The notes: generated by a model from the sequence alone, not told the origin. Counted from the stretch's first letter, positions 8,699 to 18,938 are shown. The stretch: DNA of 52,972 nucleotides from an uncultured Clostridia bacterium (GCA_904384205.1 CAJFJY010000002.1:1-52972); one strand, 5' to 3'. Translations and numbers: made by a program.

Positions 8699-8800
8699 TA
8701 TCAAAAAAACAAAGTATCTTCCAAAAATAAAAATGAATATGATACAAAAATTTGGTTACACTACAATTATATTTAAAAAAGCATGAAAGGAAGATATAAA

Positions 8801-9238
8801 ATGGAAAATTTAGTAAAAGATTTAAATAAATTTTTATCTGATTTAGCAGTATTTTATAGAAAATTACAAAATTATCATTGGAATATAAAAGGACCTCATT
8901 TTTTTACATTGCATGAAAAATTAGAAAATTATTATGATGAAATAAATGAACAAATTGATGTTATAGCAGAACACATATTAATGTTAGGATATGAGCCTTT
9001 AGGAACAATGAAAGATTATTTAGCAACAACTTCTATAAAAGAGGCGAAAAATGAAAAACTAAGCGACACTATAGTAATTGAAAATTTAATAGAAGATTAT
9101 ACTTTATTACTACAAGAAGCCAATAAAATAAAAAAATCTGCAGACGATAAGGAAGCGTATGCTACTTCAACTTTAATTGATGATAATATTTCAAACTATA
9201 TGAAAAATTTATGGATGTTAAAGCAATTAAAAGGATAA
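8801..9238 (+). CDS. dps: Dps-family DNA-protection/ferritin-like protein
   Basis: LQNYHWNIKGPHFFTLHEKLENYYDE...IAEHI is typical of Dps. ATG 8801 follows AAAGGAAG. Confidence 0.85.
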   Translation: MENLVKDLNKFLSDLAVFYRKLQNYHWNIKGPHFFTLHEKLENYYDEINEQIDVIAEHILMLGYEPLGTMKDYLATTSIKEAKNEKLSDTIVIENLIEDYTLLLQEANKIKKSADDKEAYATSTLIDDNISNYMKNLWMLKQLKG

Positions 9239-9271
9239 TATCTTAAAATTTCATTAAATTTCCAAAAAAAG

Positions 9272-9300
9272 TTGCATATTTTAGATAAAAATAGTATAAT
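9272..9300 (+). promoter_or_regulatory. strong sigma-A-type promoter
   Basis: TTGCAT (9272-9277), 17-nt spacer, TATAAT (9295-9300). Confidence 0.6.
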
Positions 9301-9350
9301 AGAAAAGGTAATGAATATAAATTTAAAAAAGAAAAAAGAGAGGTAAAAAA

Positions 9351-10619
9351 ATGGAGTATTTATATATACTAAGAGAAGCCTTAGTTTGGATAGTAACCAT
9401 ATTCTGGTTATATCAATTATGTATAAGTGTATGCTCATTAATAAAATTGAAAGACAAACCTTTAAAAGTAAAAAAAGACCACAAATTCATGGCAATAATA
9501 CCAGCACATAATGAAGAAGCAGTTGTGGGAAATTTAATAGAAAGCTTAAAAAATCAAAATTATAATAAAGAATTATATGACATATATGTTATAGCAGATA
9601 ACTGTACAGATAGAACAGCACAAGTTGCAAGAGACGCAGGGGCTATAGTATATGAAAGATTCGATCCTGAAAAGAAGACAAAAGGATTTGCATTAGATTG
9701 GTTTATTAAACAAAAAATACAAGAAAATGCAGATTATGATGCTCTTTGTGTATTTGATGCTGATAATATAGTAGACAAAAACTTTATAAAAAACATGAAT
9801 AAAAAATTATGCCAAGGAGAAGATGTTGTTCAAGGATATAGGGATATAAAAAATCCAACAGATAGCTGGATAACATCAGGATATGCATTATTTTACTGGA
9901 CAATGCATAGATTTTACCATTTAGCAAGATATAATGTTGGATTATCACCATTATTAAATGGTACAGGATTTATGGTAAGATTTGATGTCTTAAAACCAGA
10001 TGGATGGCAAACAAAAACATTGACAGAAGATATTGAATTTTCTTTACAAAGAATAATAAAAGGAAAGAAATTAGGTTGGGCAACAGATGCTATAGTATAT
10101 GATGAACAACCAGTAGGATTTAAACAAAGTTGGTCTCAAAGAAGTAGATGGACAGTAGGACATATGCAATGTATAAAAGAATATACAAAATCATTAGCAA
10201 AAGCCATAAAAGATAAAAAGACAATGATGAATGTTGACGGATTTTTATATATTGTAGGAAGTATACCAATGTTTGTACTAACAATTATATTATTATTAAC
10301 AAACTTTTTAATGTATACAGGAAGTGCAATAACACAAGCAGATTTAATGATAAATATATTAAGATATTTAGTACCAACATTCTTATTCCCAATAGTAACA
10401 AGTATGTTTGCAATGTGGCTAGATAAAAGACCAATAAAACCTATGATTAAAGGATTATTGTGTTATCCATTATTTATGGGATCATGGTTATTAATTAATT
10501 TTAAATGCTTATTTAAAAGAAACACAAAATGGGAGAAAATCAACCATGTTAGAAATATAAAAATAAATGAAATAACTAAGATAGAAGAAGAATTGAAAAC
10601 TGAAAAAGAATTGATTTAG
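9351..10619 (+). CDS. membrane-bound family 2 glycosyltransferase, processive type
   Basis: IIPAHNEE, FDADN (DXD) and QRSRW (QxxRW) motifs. One N-terminal TM and several C-terminal TM segments. Confidence 0.8.
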   Translation: MEYLYILREALVWIVTIFWLYQLCISVCSLIKLKDKPLKVKKDHKFMAIIPAHNEEAVVGNLIESLKNQNYNKELYDIYVIADNCTDRTAQVARDAGAIVYERFDPEKKTKGFALDWFIKQKIQENADYDALCVFDADNIVDKNFIKNMNKKLCQGEDVVQGYRDIKNPTDSWITSGYALFYWTMHRFYHLARYNVGLSPLLNGTGFMVRFDVLKPDGWQTKTLTEDIEFSLQRIIKGKKLGWATDAIVYDEQPVGFKQSWSQRSRWTVGHMQCIKEYTKSLAKAIKDKKTMMNVDGFLYIVGSIPMFVLTIILLLTNFLMYTGSAITQADLMINILRYLVPTFLFPIVTSMFAMWLDKRPIKPMIKGLLCYPLFMGSWLLINFKCLFKRNTKWEKINHVRNIKINEITKIEEELKTEKELI

Positions 10620-10667
10620 AGTCAATTCTTTAAATTTTTAAGAAAAAATTAATCAAAGGAGAAAATA

Positions 10668-12194
10668 ATGAAGAAATTAAGCATAAAGAATATTAAATTA
10701 AAACATATACATATAACGATAATAATATTAGGTATAATTTTTATTGCTTTAGCGGCATTTCATACAAATTTGTGGTTTGATGAAAGTTATTCAGTTGCAA
10801 TTTCAAACAATCATACATTTGGAGAAATATGGAGTATAGGTGGATATGATGTACATCCGGTATTATATTATTGGATATTAAAAATAGTATCTCTAATATT
10901 TGGAAATAATATATTAGCATTCAGACTAATATCAGTAATTTCACTTTCAATCTTAGGAATATTAGGATATACACATATAAGAAAAGATTTTGGAGAAAAA
11001 GTAGGGTTATTATTCTCATTCCTAGTATATTTTTTACCAGTAAATGTAATATATGCAAGTGAAATAAGAATGTACACTGTAGGAATGTTATTTGTTACAA
11101 TAATGGCAATATATGCTTATAGAATATTTAAAGGAAATAAAAGCATAAAAAATTGGATAATATTTGCAATATTTAGTTTAGCTTCAGCATATACACATTA
11201 TTATGGATTAATGTCAGCAGGGATAATAAACATATTATTATTCATATTCTTATTAAAAAATGCAATAAAAGAAAGAAAATTCACAAAAGATCTAATAACA
11301 TTCTTAGTACAAGGAATAATACAAATAATTTTATACATACCATGGATAATGTCATTATTAACTCAAATGTCCCAAGTTTCAGCAGGATTTTGGGTACAAT
11401 GGAAATTCCCTAAAACATTTATTGACATGTTTGAATTCCAATTTACAGGTAACCTAGATGATTCAATATATATTAATAATTGGATTGCAATTATATATGG
11501 GTTAATAATAACAGTATATGTAATATATTTAATAATAAAAAATATAAAATCAAAGAATAAACAAGACATAAAATCAGCAAGATATGCAATTATAATATAT
11601 TTTGCAGTTATATTAGGAGCAATAGTTGTATCAATAGTATTAAGAAGATCAATAATATACGCAAGATATTTATTATTAATAACAGGATTATTTATTTTCT
11701 TCCTAGCATTTATAATGGAAAAACTAGGAAACAGAAAAGTAAATTTAGTAATATATATTTTAACAGTTATTATTGCAACAATTGTAAATATCAATATGAT
11801 ACAAACAAATTATGACTTAAGCAATAGTGAACCAATAAACTACATAAAAGAAAATATCCAAGAAGGTGACATATTAGTATATGGAAACGAAGGAAGTGGA
11901 TTTATAATATCTGCAAACTTGCCAGAATACACACAATATTTTTATGATAAAGAGCATTGGAACGTAGAAGAAGCATATAAAGCATATGGACCTAATATGA
12001 CTACAGTGTATGATTTAAGTTTTTTAGATAATTATACTGGAAGAATATGGCTTATAAATGCAGGAAATAATGTGTTGTTAGAACAAGTAGAGGAAAAATA
12101 CGGAGAAGAAGTACAATTGGTTAGCCAACAAAATTTCAGTGTGAAGTACAAAAAATATCAATATACATTTAATTTAGTAGAAAAAAATTCATAA
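10668..12194 (+). CDS. polytopic GT-C-fold glycosyltransferase (ArnT/PMT_2-like)
   Basis: More than 10 hydrophobic segments, a first-loop WFDESY (DE) motif, and a soluble C-terminal domain of about 130 aa. Confidence 0.6.
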   Translation: MKKLSIKNIKLKHIHITIIILGIIFIALAAFHTNLWFDESYSVAISNNHTFGEIWSIGGYDVHPVLYYWILKIVSLIFGNNILAFRLISVISLSILGILGYTHIRKDFGEKVGLLFSFLVYFLPVNVIYASEIRMYTVGMLFVTIMAIYAYRIFKGNKSIKNWIIFAIFSLASAYTHYYGLMSAGIINILLFIFLLKNAIKERKFTKDLITFLVQGIIQIILYIPWIMSLLTQMSQVSAGFWVQWKFPKTFIDMFEFQFTGNLDDSIYINNWIAIIYGLIITVYVIYLIIKNIKSKNKQDIKSARYAIIIYFAVILGAIVVSIVLRRSIIYARYLLLITGLFIFFLAFIMEKLGNRKVNLVIYILTVIIATIVNINMIQTNYDLSNSEPINYIKENIQEGDILVYGNEGSGFIISANLPEYTQYFYDKEHWNVEEAYKAYGPNMTTVYDLSFLDNYTGRIWLINAGNNVLLEQVEEKYGEEVQLVSQQNFSVKYKKYQYTFNLVEKNS

Positions 12195-12200
12195 AAAGTA

Positions 12201-12229
12201 TTGCATTTTTAGAAAAAATTGGGTATAAT
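12201..12229 (+). promoter_or_regulatory. sigma-A-type promoter of the rimP-nusA-infB operon
   Basis: TTGCAT (12201-12206), 17-nt spacer, TATAAT (12224-12229). Confidence 0.6.
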
Positions 12230-12251
12230 AATAAAAGCGTAGTTAAGACAA

Positions 12252-12282
12252 AAGAGTGGGCACAGAACCCACTCTTAACTTT
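12252..12282 (+). promoter_or_regulatory. leader hairpin / weak intrinsic terminator upstream of rimP
   Basis: AAGAGTGGG (12252-12260), loop CACAGAA, CCCACTCTT (12268-12276), then AACTTTT. It lies between the promoter and the rimP RBS. Confidence 0.5.
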
Positions 12283-12303
12283 TGGAAAAAAAGGAGGGAT
12301 ACT

Positions 12304-12768
12304 TTGGCAAGTATAGAAGAAAAAGTAGAAAATTTAGTAAGGCCAATAATAGAAAATATAGGATATGAAGTATATGATATAGAATATCTAAAAGAAGGAA
12401 AAGATTACTTCCTAAGAATATTTATAGATAATCCAAAAGGAATAACAATAGAAGACTGTGAAAAAGTGAATGACGCAATAAAAGACAAACTTGATGAAGA
12501 AGACTATATAAAACAACAGTACTTCTTAGAAATATCATCACCTGGAATAGAAAGAAGATTAAGAAAAGATAAGCATTTAGAACAAAATATAGGAGAAGAA
12601 ATTACAATAAATCTATTTAAAAAAGATGCTGAAGGCAATAAAAGCTATATAGGAAAATTGAAAGCTTTTACGAATGAAGAAATTTTAATAGAGCAAGATG
12701 GCAAAGAAATAAAATTAGAAAGAAAAAATATATCACAAATAAAAACAATATATAATTGGGATGAGTAA
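12304..12768 (+). CDS. rimP: ribosome maturation factor RimP
   Basis: TTG 12304 lies 5 nt after GGAGGG. EISSPGIERRL motif. Position is upstream of nusA. Confidence 0.85.
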   Translation: MASIEEKVENLVRPIIENIGYEVYDIEYLKEGKDYFLRIFIDNPKGITIEDCEKVNDAIKDKLDEEDYIKQQYFLEISSPGIERRLRKDKHLEQNIGEEITINLFKKDAEGNKSYIGKLKAFTNEEILIEQDGKEIKLERKNISQIKTIYNWDE

Positions 12769-12797
12769 AAATTATCCCTATAAGGAGGAATGAAGTA

Positions 12798-13871
12798 ATG
12801 AAAGCTATAGACAATAAAGAATTAGTTCTAGCTTTAGAAGAATTAGAAAGAGAAAAAGGAATTAAAAAAGAATATGTATTAGAATCAATAGAAACAGCAT
12901 TAGTTACAGCATACAAAAGAAATTTTGATTCTTTAGAAAATGTTAAAGTAGATATAGACCATAAAACAGGAGCAACACATATATATGCTATAAAAGAAGT
13001 TGTAGAAAAGCCTACAAATACAACATTAGAGATTTCATTGGAAGAAGCATTAAAAATAAATAAACAACTAAAAATTGGAGATTCAGTAGAAATAGAGATT
13101 GTACCAAAAGATTTTGGTAGAATAGCAGCACAGACTGCAAAACAGGTAATAATTCAAAAATTGAGAGAAGTAGAAAGAGAAATAACATACAATGAATTTA
13201 ATGATAGAAAAGGTGAGATAGTTTCTGGAATAATTCAAAAGGCTGACCATAATATAGTTGTAATGGATTTAGGAAAGTTAGAAGGGGTTATGCCAGTAAA
13301 AGAACAAATACCTACAGAAAAATATCATGTAAATCAAAAAATAAAAGGTGTAGTTTTAGATGTAGAAAAAGGACAAAAAGGAGCACCACAGGTAATAGTA
13401 TCTAGAAGTCATCCTGATTTCGTAAGAAAATTATTAGAATTTGAAATACCTGAAATATATGAAGGTGTAATTGAAATTAAAAGTGTTTCAAGAGATCCAG
13501 GATATAGAAGTAAAGTAGCAGTATTTTCACCAGACCCTAATATTGACCCAGTAGGTTCATGTGTAGGGCAAAAAGGAGTAAGAATACAAAATGTAATAAA
13601 TGAACTAAATGGGGAAAAAATAGATGTAATAGAGTGGAATGAAGATCCAAGTATATACATTGCAGCTGCATTACTTCCTGCTCAAATATTGGCAGTAGAT
13701 ATAAAAGAAAAAGAAAAATTTGCACAGGTAATCGTACCAGATGATCAATTATCATTAGCTATAGGAAAATCTGGACAAAATGCAAGATTGGCAGCAAGAT
13801 TAACAAATTGGAAAATAGATATAAAATCAGAAAGCCAATTTAGAGAGATGTTACAAAAAGCACAAGAATAG
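12798..13871 (+). CDS. nusA: transcription termination/antitermination factor NusA
   Basis: N-terminal domain, S1 and two KH regions (GSCVGQKGVRIQ, AIGKSGQNARLA). Confidence 0.95.
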   Translation: MKAIDNKELVLALEELEREKGIKKEYVLESIETALVTAYKRNFDSLENVKVDIDHKTGATHIYAIKEVVEKPTNTTLEISLEEALKINKQLKIGDSVEIEIVPKDFGRIAAQTAKQVIIQKLREVEREITYNEFNDRKGEIVSGIIQKADHNIVVMDLGKLEGVMPVKEQIPTEKYHVNQKIKGVVLDVEKGQKGAPQVIVSRSHPDFVRKLLEFEIPEIYEGVIEIKSVSRDPGYRSKVAVFSPDPNIDPVGSCVGQKGVRIQNVINELNGEKIDVIEWNEDPSIYIAAALLPAQILAVDIKEKEKFAQVIVPDDQLSLAIGKSGQNARLAARLTNWKIDIKSESQFREMLQKAQE

Positions 13872-13992
13872 GTTGAAAAATAATTTGGTTTTGGCGTTGT
13901 TAAACATCGTTTCGAAAATCCTCAATGTGCAAACGCACACCTCCGGTTTTCTCACTCGTTTGCCTAGCCAAAACGCAAATTCTTTTCCAACC
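13871..13992. repeat. 122-nt rod-like imperfect palindrome inside the operon (nusA-ylxR spacer)
   Basis: Arm GGTTGAAAAATAATTTGGTTTTGGC (13871-13895) pairs with GCCAAAACGCAAATTCTTTTCCAACC (13967-13992). The GC-richer interior has a GTGC-AAAC-GCAC hairpin. It starts at the G of the nusA TAG. Confidence 0.8.
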
Positions 13993-14033
13993 ATCAAATC
14001 AGTAGTGTTACATCTTTAAGAGGAGATGATAAA

Positions 14034-14294
14034 ATGAAGAAAATACCACAAAGAACATGTATGGGCTGTAATGAAAAAAAAGATAAAAAGGATTTAATTA
14101 GAATAGTAAAAAACAAAGCTAATGAAATATTAGTAGACAAAACAGGAAAGCTGAATGGACGAGGTGCATATATTTGTAATAATGTAGAGTGTTTAGAAAA
14201 GCTAAAAAAATCAAAGAGATTAAACAGGGTATTTGAAATAAATATATCTGATGAAATTTATGAAAGTTTAAGAGGTGTAATTCTTGGAAAATAA
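14034..14294 (+). CDS. ylxR: YlxR/RnpM-family RNA-binding protein (DUF448)
   Basis: RTCMGCNEKKDKKDLIRIV...GRGAYIC motif. Conserved position after nusA. Confidence 0.85.
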   Translation: MKKIPQRTCMGCNEKKDKKDLIRIVKNKANEILVDKTGKLNGRGAYICNNVECLEKLKKSKRLNRVFEINISDEIYESLRGVILGK

Positions 14295-14604
14295 GGTATT
14301 AGGTTTAATAGGACTGGCTGCTAAAGCAGGAAAAATGGCTTTTGGTGCTGATAGTGTAAAAAGAGAAATAGTAAGAGGAAGAATTAGACTGTTGATATTA
14401 GCAGAAAATAGTTCTGAAAAGACAAAATTAAAGTTTAAAAAGATAGCAGATGAAGCAAAAGTGCCAACAATATTTTTTGGAACAATTTCAAATTTAAGTA
14501 CTGCTATAGGAAAAACAAATAAAGCAATATTAGGAATAACAGATATGAATTTGGCAAGAGAAATTAAGAGAATAGTATATAGTGGGGGTGATTCTATTGG
14601 GTAA
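14284..14604 (+). CDS. ylxQ: L7Ae-family ribosomal-protein-like K-turn binding protein (YlxQ-like)
   Basis: TTG start follows [28 protein letters not shown]...[12 protein letters not shown] is typical of the L7Ae/YlxQ family. Conserved position before infB. Confidence 0.8.
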   Translation: MENKVLGLIGLAAKAGKMAFGADSVKREIVRGRIRLLILAENSSEKTKLKFKKIADEAKVPTIFFGTISNLSTAIGKTNKAILGITDMNLAREIKRIVYSGGDSIG

Positions 14605-17461
14605 AATAAAAATTCATGAAATAGCAAAAAAATTAGGATTAACAAGCAAAGAAGTTTTAGAAGTAGCTAATAAATTACAAATAGAAGCAAAAAGTCATTT
14701 AAGTGGGGTAACAGAAGAGGAAGCTGTAAAAATAGAAGAAAAACTAAATGCAAAAGATAATAAAATCCAAAAAGAAAATAATAAAGAAGCATCAAAAGGA
14801 AAAAATAAAGAAGCAGTAAAAGAAAATAAAAAAGAAACAACAAAAGAAAAAGAACAAAAAGCTCCAGTGATAATAAGAAGAGAAGTTATTATTTCAGATG
14901 AACAAGACAAAAAAACAGAGCAAAAGAAAGTAGAAAAAACAAATAATATTGGATTTGTAGAAAGAAAGCATAATAAGGATTTTAATATAGTGTATAGAAA
15001 TAAACCTAATAAACCTAAAACTGTTAGTGAACTTTTTGGATTGACGAAGGAAGAACCTCCTAAAAAAGAAGAAGAGAAAAAGCAAGAAAAAGCAGAAGAA
15101 AAAACACAAGAAATTACTCAAGATAAGAAAATAGAAAAAGCAACTATGATACAAGGAGAAAAAGAAACATATATGCAAAAAACAGCAACACAAAAAGAAG
15201 TTAAGAAAAATAACGACTTTGATATGAACAAAAATAGGAATAAAAATAATTTTAATAGGGACAATAAAAATAATAACTTTAATAAAAATAATAAATTTAA
15301 TAATGATAACAGAAATAGAGGTGGATACAATAACCAAAATCGTTTTGGAAATAAAAGACCTCTTGATGAAAAGGGGATAGAGAAAAATATCAAAAATATT
15401 ATGTCAGTAGAAGTTCCAGAAAAAGAAAGTATAAGAGAATATAACAAAAATATCGATAAACAAAAAAATAATAGTAAATTTGAAGATTCTGCAAAAAACC
15501 AAAAGAAATCTAGAACGAGAAGAAATGATAGTAATAATTTTGATGAAGGAAAATTAAAAAGCTTGAAACAAACAAGTAGACTTTCAAATATGTTTGACGA
15601 ACAAGATGGTGGAATGTTAGACTATTATGATTTAACAACACAAAGAGGAAGAAGAGGAAAGAAAAAAATTCAAAAAAGTGATGAGAATAGAACAAAGCAA
15701 AAAATATTCCAATTAACAGAAATAGAAATTCCAGAAAATATATCAGTAAAAGATTTAGCGGCAGAAATGAAGAAAACAACAGCAGATGTTATTAAAAAAT
15801 TATTAGGATATGGAATAATGGCAACAATTAATCAAGAATTAGACTTTGACACAGCATTTCTAATTGCAGGAGAATTTGGTATAACAGCTAAAAAGAAAGA
15901 AACAATAACAGAGGAAGATATTCTATTTGATGATTCAGAGGATAAAGAAGAAGATTTAGTAACAAGACCACCTGTAGTTGTAGTTATGGGTCATGTTGAC
16001 CATGGTAAAACATCATTATTAGACACAATAAGAAAAACAAATGTAATAAGTGGAGAAGCAGGAGGAATCACACAAGCAATAGGAGCTTATACAGTAAATG
16101 TAAATGGAAGACAAATAACATTTTTAGATACACCTGGACATGAAGCATTTACAGCAATGCGTGCAAGAGGTGCACAGATTACAGATATTGCAATATTAGT
16201 AGTTGCTGCAAATGATGGTGTAATGCCACAAACAGTTGAAGCAATAAACCATGCTAAATCAGCAGGAATTCCTATAATTGTAGCAATTAATAAAATTGAT
16301 TTACCAGATGCAAATGTAGATAAAGTAAAACAAGAATTAATGACATATGAATTAGTACCAGAAGAATGGGGAGGAGACACAATTTGTGTTCCAATATCTG
16401 CTAAAAAGAATTTAAATATTGATCAATTATTAGAAATGGTATTATTAGAAGCAGATGTATTAGAATTAAAAGTAAATCCTCATAAACAAGCAAAAGGTGT
16501 TGTAATAGAAGCAAGACTAGATAAATCAAAAGGAGCAATTGCATCAATGCTAGTTCAAAGAGGAACACTTGATGTAGGAGATACAATAGTAGTAGGTTCT
16601 TCAATTGGTAGAATAAGAAGTATGATAAATGATAAAGGTAAAAAAGTAAAATCAGCAGGACCATCAACACCAGTAGAAATAATGGGATTAACAGATGTGC
16701 CAGAAGCTGGAGACACATTCTATGAAGTAAAAGATGAAAAAATGGCAAAACATTTAATAGAAAGAAGAAAACGTCAAGCAAGAGAAAAAGCAATAAATGC
16801 TACAACTAAAGTAACATTAGATAATTTATTTAGCCAAATGGAAGAAGGAAATATAAAAGTATTAAACTTAATTGTAAAAGCAGATGTTCAAGGTTCAGTA
16901 GAAGCTGTAAAACAATCTATGGAAAAATTATCTAATGAAGAAGTAAAAGTAAAAGTAATCCATAGTGCAGCAGGAGCTGTTACAGAATCAGATGTAATGC
17001 TAGCAAAAGTATCAAATGCAATAATAATAGCATTTAATGTAAGACCAATGCCAAGTGCAAAAGATATGGCAGAACGTGACGGAGTAGAAATAAAGCAATA
17101 TTCTGTAATATATCAGGCAATAGATGATGTTGATGCAGCAATGAAGGGAATGTTAGATCCTAAATATCAAGAAAAAGTTATAGGAAATGTAGAAGTTAGA
17201 CAAACATTTAAAATTTCTAATGTTGGTACAATAGCAGGAGGATATGTAACATCTGGAAAAGTAGAAAGACATGCAGGAGTAAGAGTTATTAGAGATAATG
17301 TTGTTATACATGATGGAAAACTTGCTACATTAAAGAGATTTAAAGATGATGTAAAAGAAGTTTCTAAAGGCTTTGAATGTGGTATGCAAATTGAAAATTA
17401 TAATGACATAAAAGAAGGAGACACAATTGAAGTTTATATTATGGAAGAAGTTAAAAAGTAA
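14597..17461 (+). CDS. infB: translation initiation factor IF-2
   Basis: [17 protein letters not shown] and NKID G-domain motifs. TTG 14597 ([13 protein letters not shown]) follows GGGGGTGA. Start choice is uncertain. The N-terminal region is K/N/E-rich low complexity. Confidence 0.9.
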   Translation: MGKIKIHEIAKKLGLTSKEVLEVANKLQIEAKSHLSGVTEEEAVKIEEKLNAKDNKIQKENNKEASKGKNKEAVKENKKETTKEKEQKAPVIIRREVIISDEQDKKTEQKKVEKTNNIGFVERKHNKDFNIVYRNKPNKPKTVSELFGLTKEEPPKKEEEKKQEKAEEKTQEITQDKKIEKATMIQGEKETYMQKTATQKEVKKNNDFDMNKNRNKNNFNRDNKNNNFNKNNKFNNDNRNRGGYNNQNRFGNKRPLDEKGIEKNIKNIMSVEVPEKESIREYNKNIDKQKNNSKFEDSAKNQKKSRTRRNDSNNFDEGKLKSLKQTSRLSNMFDEQDGGMLDYYDLTTQRGRRGKKKIQKSDENRTKQKIFQLTEIEIPENISVKDLAAEMKKTTADVIKKLLGYGIMATINQELDFDTAFLIAGEFGITAKKKETITEEDILFDDSEDKEEDLVTRPPVVVVMGHVDHGKTSLLDTIRKTNVISGEAGGITQAIGAYTVNVNGRQITFLDTPGHEAFTAMRARGAQITDIAILVVAANDGVMPQTVEAINHAKSAGIPIIVAINKIDLPDANVDKVKQELMTYELVPEEWGGDTICVPISAKKNLNIDQLLEMVLLEADVLELKVNPHKQAKGVVIEARLDKSKGAIASMLVQRGTLDVGDTIVVGSSIGRIRSMINDKGKKVKSAGPSTPVEIMGLTDVPEAGDTFYEVKDEKMAKHLIERRKRQAREKAINATTKVTLDNLFSQMEEGNIKVLNLIVKADVQGSVEAVKQSMEKLSNEEVKVKVIHSAAGAVTESDVMLAKVSNAIIIAFNVRPMPSAKDMAERDGVEIKQYSVIYQAIDDVDAAMKGMLDPKYQEKVIGNVEVRQTFKISNVGTIAGGYVTSGKVERHAGVRVIRDNVVIHDGKLATLKRFKDDVKEVSKGFECGMQIENYNDIKEGDTIEVYIMEEVKK

Positions 17462-17575
17462 AATATTTATATCAGTTATAAATCTGATGAACTATACATT
17501 AAAATTCCGTGTCTTACTGGTCGGACTTATCATATGAGGTAGTTAGTTCATCTAAAATATTATATTTCTTTAAAA
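17462..17575. repeat. ~110-nt imperfect palindrome in the infB-rbfA spacer
   Basis: Core stem GATGAACTA (17486-17494) pairs with TAGTTCATC (17544-17552). AT-rich outer arms also pair imperfectly. The interior is GC-richer: CCGTGTCTTACTGGTCGGAC. Confidence 0.6.
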
Positions 17576-17603
17576 AATTTTAAAGAAAGGAGAGTAAAGT
17601 AAA

Positions 17604-17993
17604 ATGCAAAAAAGAGTAAACAACAGAATTAATCGTATAGACGAAGAATACAAAAAAGAATTAAGTAATATTATAGGCCGTGAATTAAAAGACCCAAATA
17701 TTACAGGATTAATTAGTGTAACAAAAGTCAAAGTATCTACTGACTTAAAATATGCTAAAGTTTATGTAAGCATAATGGGAGCTAAAAACTTACAAGAAAC
17801 CATGAAAGGTTTAAAAAATGCTTCAGGATATATAAGAACAGAATTGGCAAAAAGAATCAATTTGCGTAATACACCAGAAATAACATTTGAGATAGATGAC
17901 TCAATAGAATATGGAGCAAAAATAGATAATATATTAAAAGAAATAATGCCAAAAAAAGAAGTAAATGGGAGTGAAGATAATGACATTGGATAA
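17604..17993 (+). CDS. rbfA: ribosome-binding factor A
   Basis: RINRIDEEYKKELSNII...LRNTPEITFEID is typical of RbfA. Confidence 0.9.
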   Translation: MQKRVNNRINRIDEEYKKELSNIIGRELKDPNITGLISVTKVKVSTDLKYAKVYVSIMGAKNLQETMKGLKNASGYIRTELAKRINLRNTPEITFEIDDSIEYGAKIDNILKEIMPKKEVNGSEDNDIG

Positions 17994-18930
17994 TATTTTA
18001 GAAGAAATAAAAAAAGCAAATTCAATAGTAATATTAACACACGAATCACCAGATGGAGACGCAATAGGAAGTAGCCTTGGAATGCATATGGCATTAAAAA
18101 GCATAGGAAAAAATAGTGATGTGATACTTACAGAATTTCCAAGAACTTTCAATTTTTTGCCTGGAGCAAAAGATGTAAAACAAGAATCAGATATTAAAAA
18201 CTATGACTTAGCAATTACAGTAGACTGTGCGGATTTAAAAAGAGTTATGGCAAACGAATATTTTGAAAATGCAAAAAAGACAATAGTAATAGATCATCAT
18301 GGAAGCAATACAATGTATGGAGATATTAACTTTGTAAATCCAGTATCTCCAGCTTGTTGCGAAATATTGGCAGGAATGTTTGAATATTTTGATATAAATA
18401 TTGATACAGAAATAGGAACTTGTATATTGACAGGAATTATTACAGATACAGGCGGATTCAAATATTCAAGTGTAACTCCAGAAACATTTGAATTTACAGC
18501 TGATTTATTAAGAAAAGGTATAAATGTTTCAGAAATATATGAAAGAGTATTGGAAACAAAAACAAAAGCAAACTTTGAATTATTAAAAAGAAGCATGGAT
18601 AGGTTAGAATTATTAGAAAATGGAAAAGTAGCGTTTACATATATAACTAAAAAAGATGAAGAAGAAGTAAATGCAGAACCTGGAGACCATGAGGGAATTG
18701 TAGAAGAAGGTAGAAGTATTGAAGGAGTTGAAGTTTCTGTATTTATTAGACAAAGAGATGATGAAAATGTATATAAAATCTCAATGAGATCTACTGGAAA
18801 TATCAATGTTTCTGATATTTGCTTCTTATTTGGCGGTGGAGGTCATCCAAAAGCAGCAGGTGCTTTAATTCAAGGAACAGTTGAGCAAGTAAAAGAACAA
18901 GTATTAAAAGAAATTAGGAAAGTTTTGTAA
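17980..18930 (+). CDS. nrnA: DHH-family bifunctional oligoribonuclease / pAp phosphatase NrnA
   Basis: HESPDGDAIGS, IDHHGSN and GGGGHPKAAG motifs. ATG 17980 is preferred over 17965 by N-terminal alignment logic. Confidence 0.85.
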   Translation: MTLDNILEEIKKANSIVILTHESPDGDAIGSSLGMHMALKSIGKNSDVILTEFPRTFNFLPGAKDVKQESDIKNYDLAITVDCADLKRVMANEYFENAKKTIVIDHHGSNTMYGDINFVNPVSPACCEILAGMFEYFDINIDTEIGTCILTGIITDTGGFKYSSVTPETFEFTADLLRKGINVSEIYERVLETKTKANFELLKRSMDRLELLENGKVAFTYITKKDEEEVNAEPGDHEGIVEEGRSIEGVEVSVFIRQRDDENVYKISMRSTGNINVSDICFLFGGGGHPKAAGALIQGTVEQVKEQVLKEIRKVL

Positions 18931-18938
18931 ATTATAAG

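Noticed and set aside
8699-8800. PerR/Fur box upstream of dps
   Set aside because: Only a vague AT-rich resemblance (ACAATTATATT) to TTATAATnATTATAA was seen. In DNA this AT-rich it cannot be told apart from background.
13925-14005. 26-codon ORF (MCKRTPPVFSLVCLAKTQILFQPSNQ) inside the nusA-ylxR element as a small toxin-like peptide
   Set aside because: It has no RBS upstream, and the start codon is buried in the predicted stem. It is most simply a by-product of the palindrome.
17484-17490. Hammerhead-ribozyme or box C-like cores: CTGATGA at 17484-17490, CTGGATGAG at 52901-52909 and CGATGAG on the minus strand near 38262-38268
   Set aside because: None is followed by a stem II plus GAAA core in the required arrangement. 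The 52901 copy has an extra G and the 38262 copy has C instead of U. No matching box D (CUGA) partner is present.
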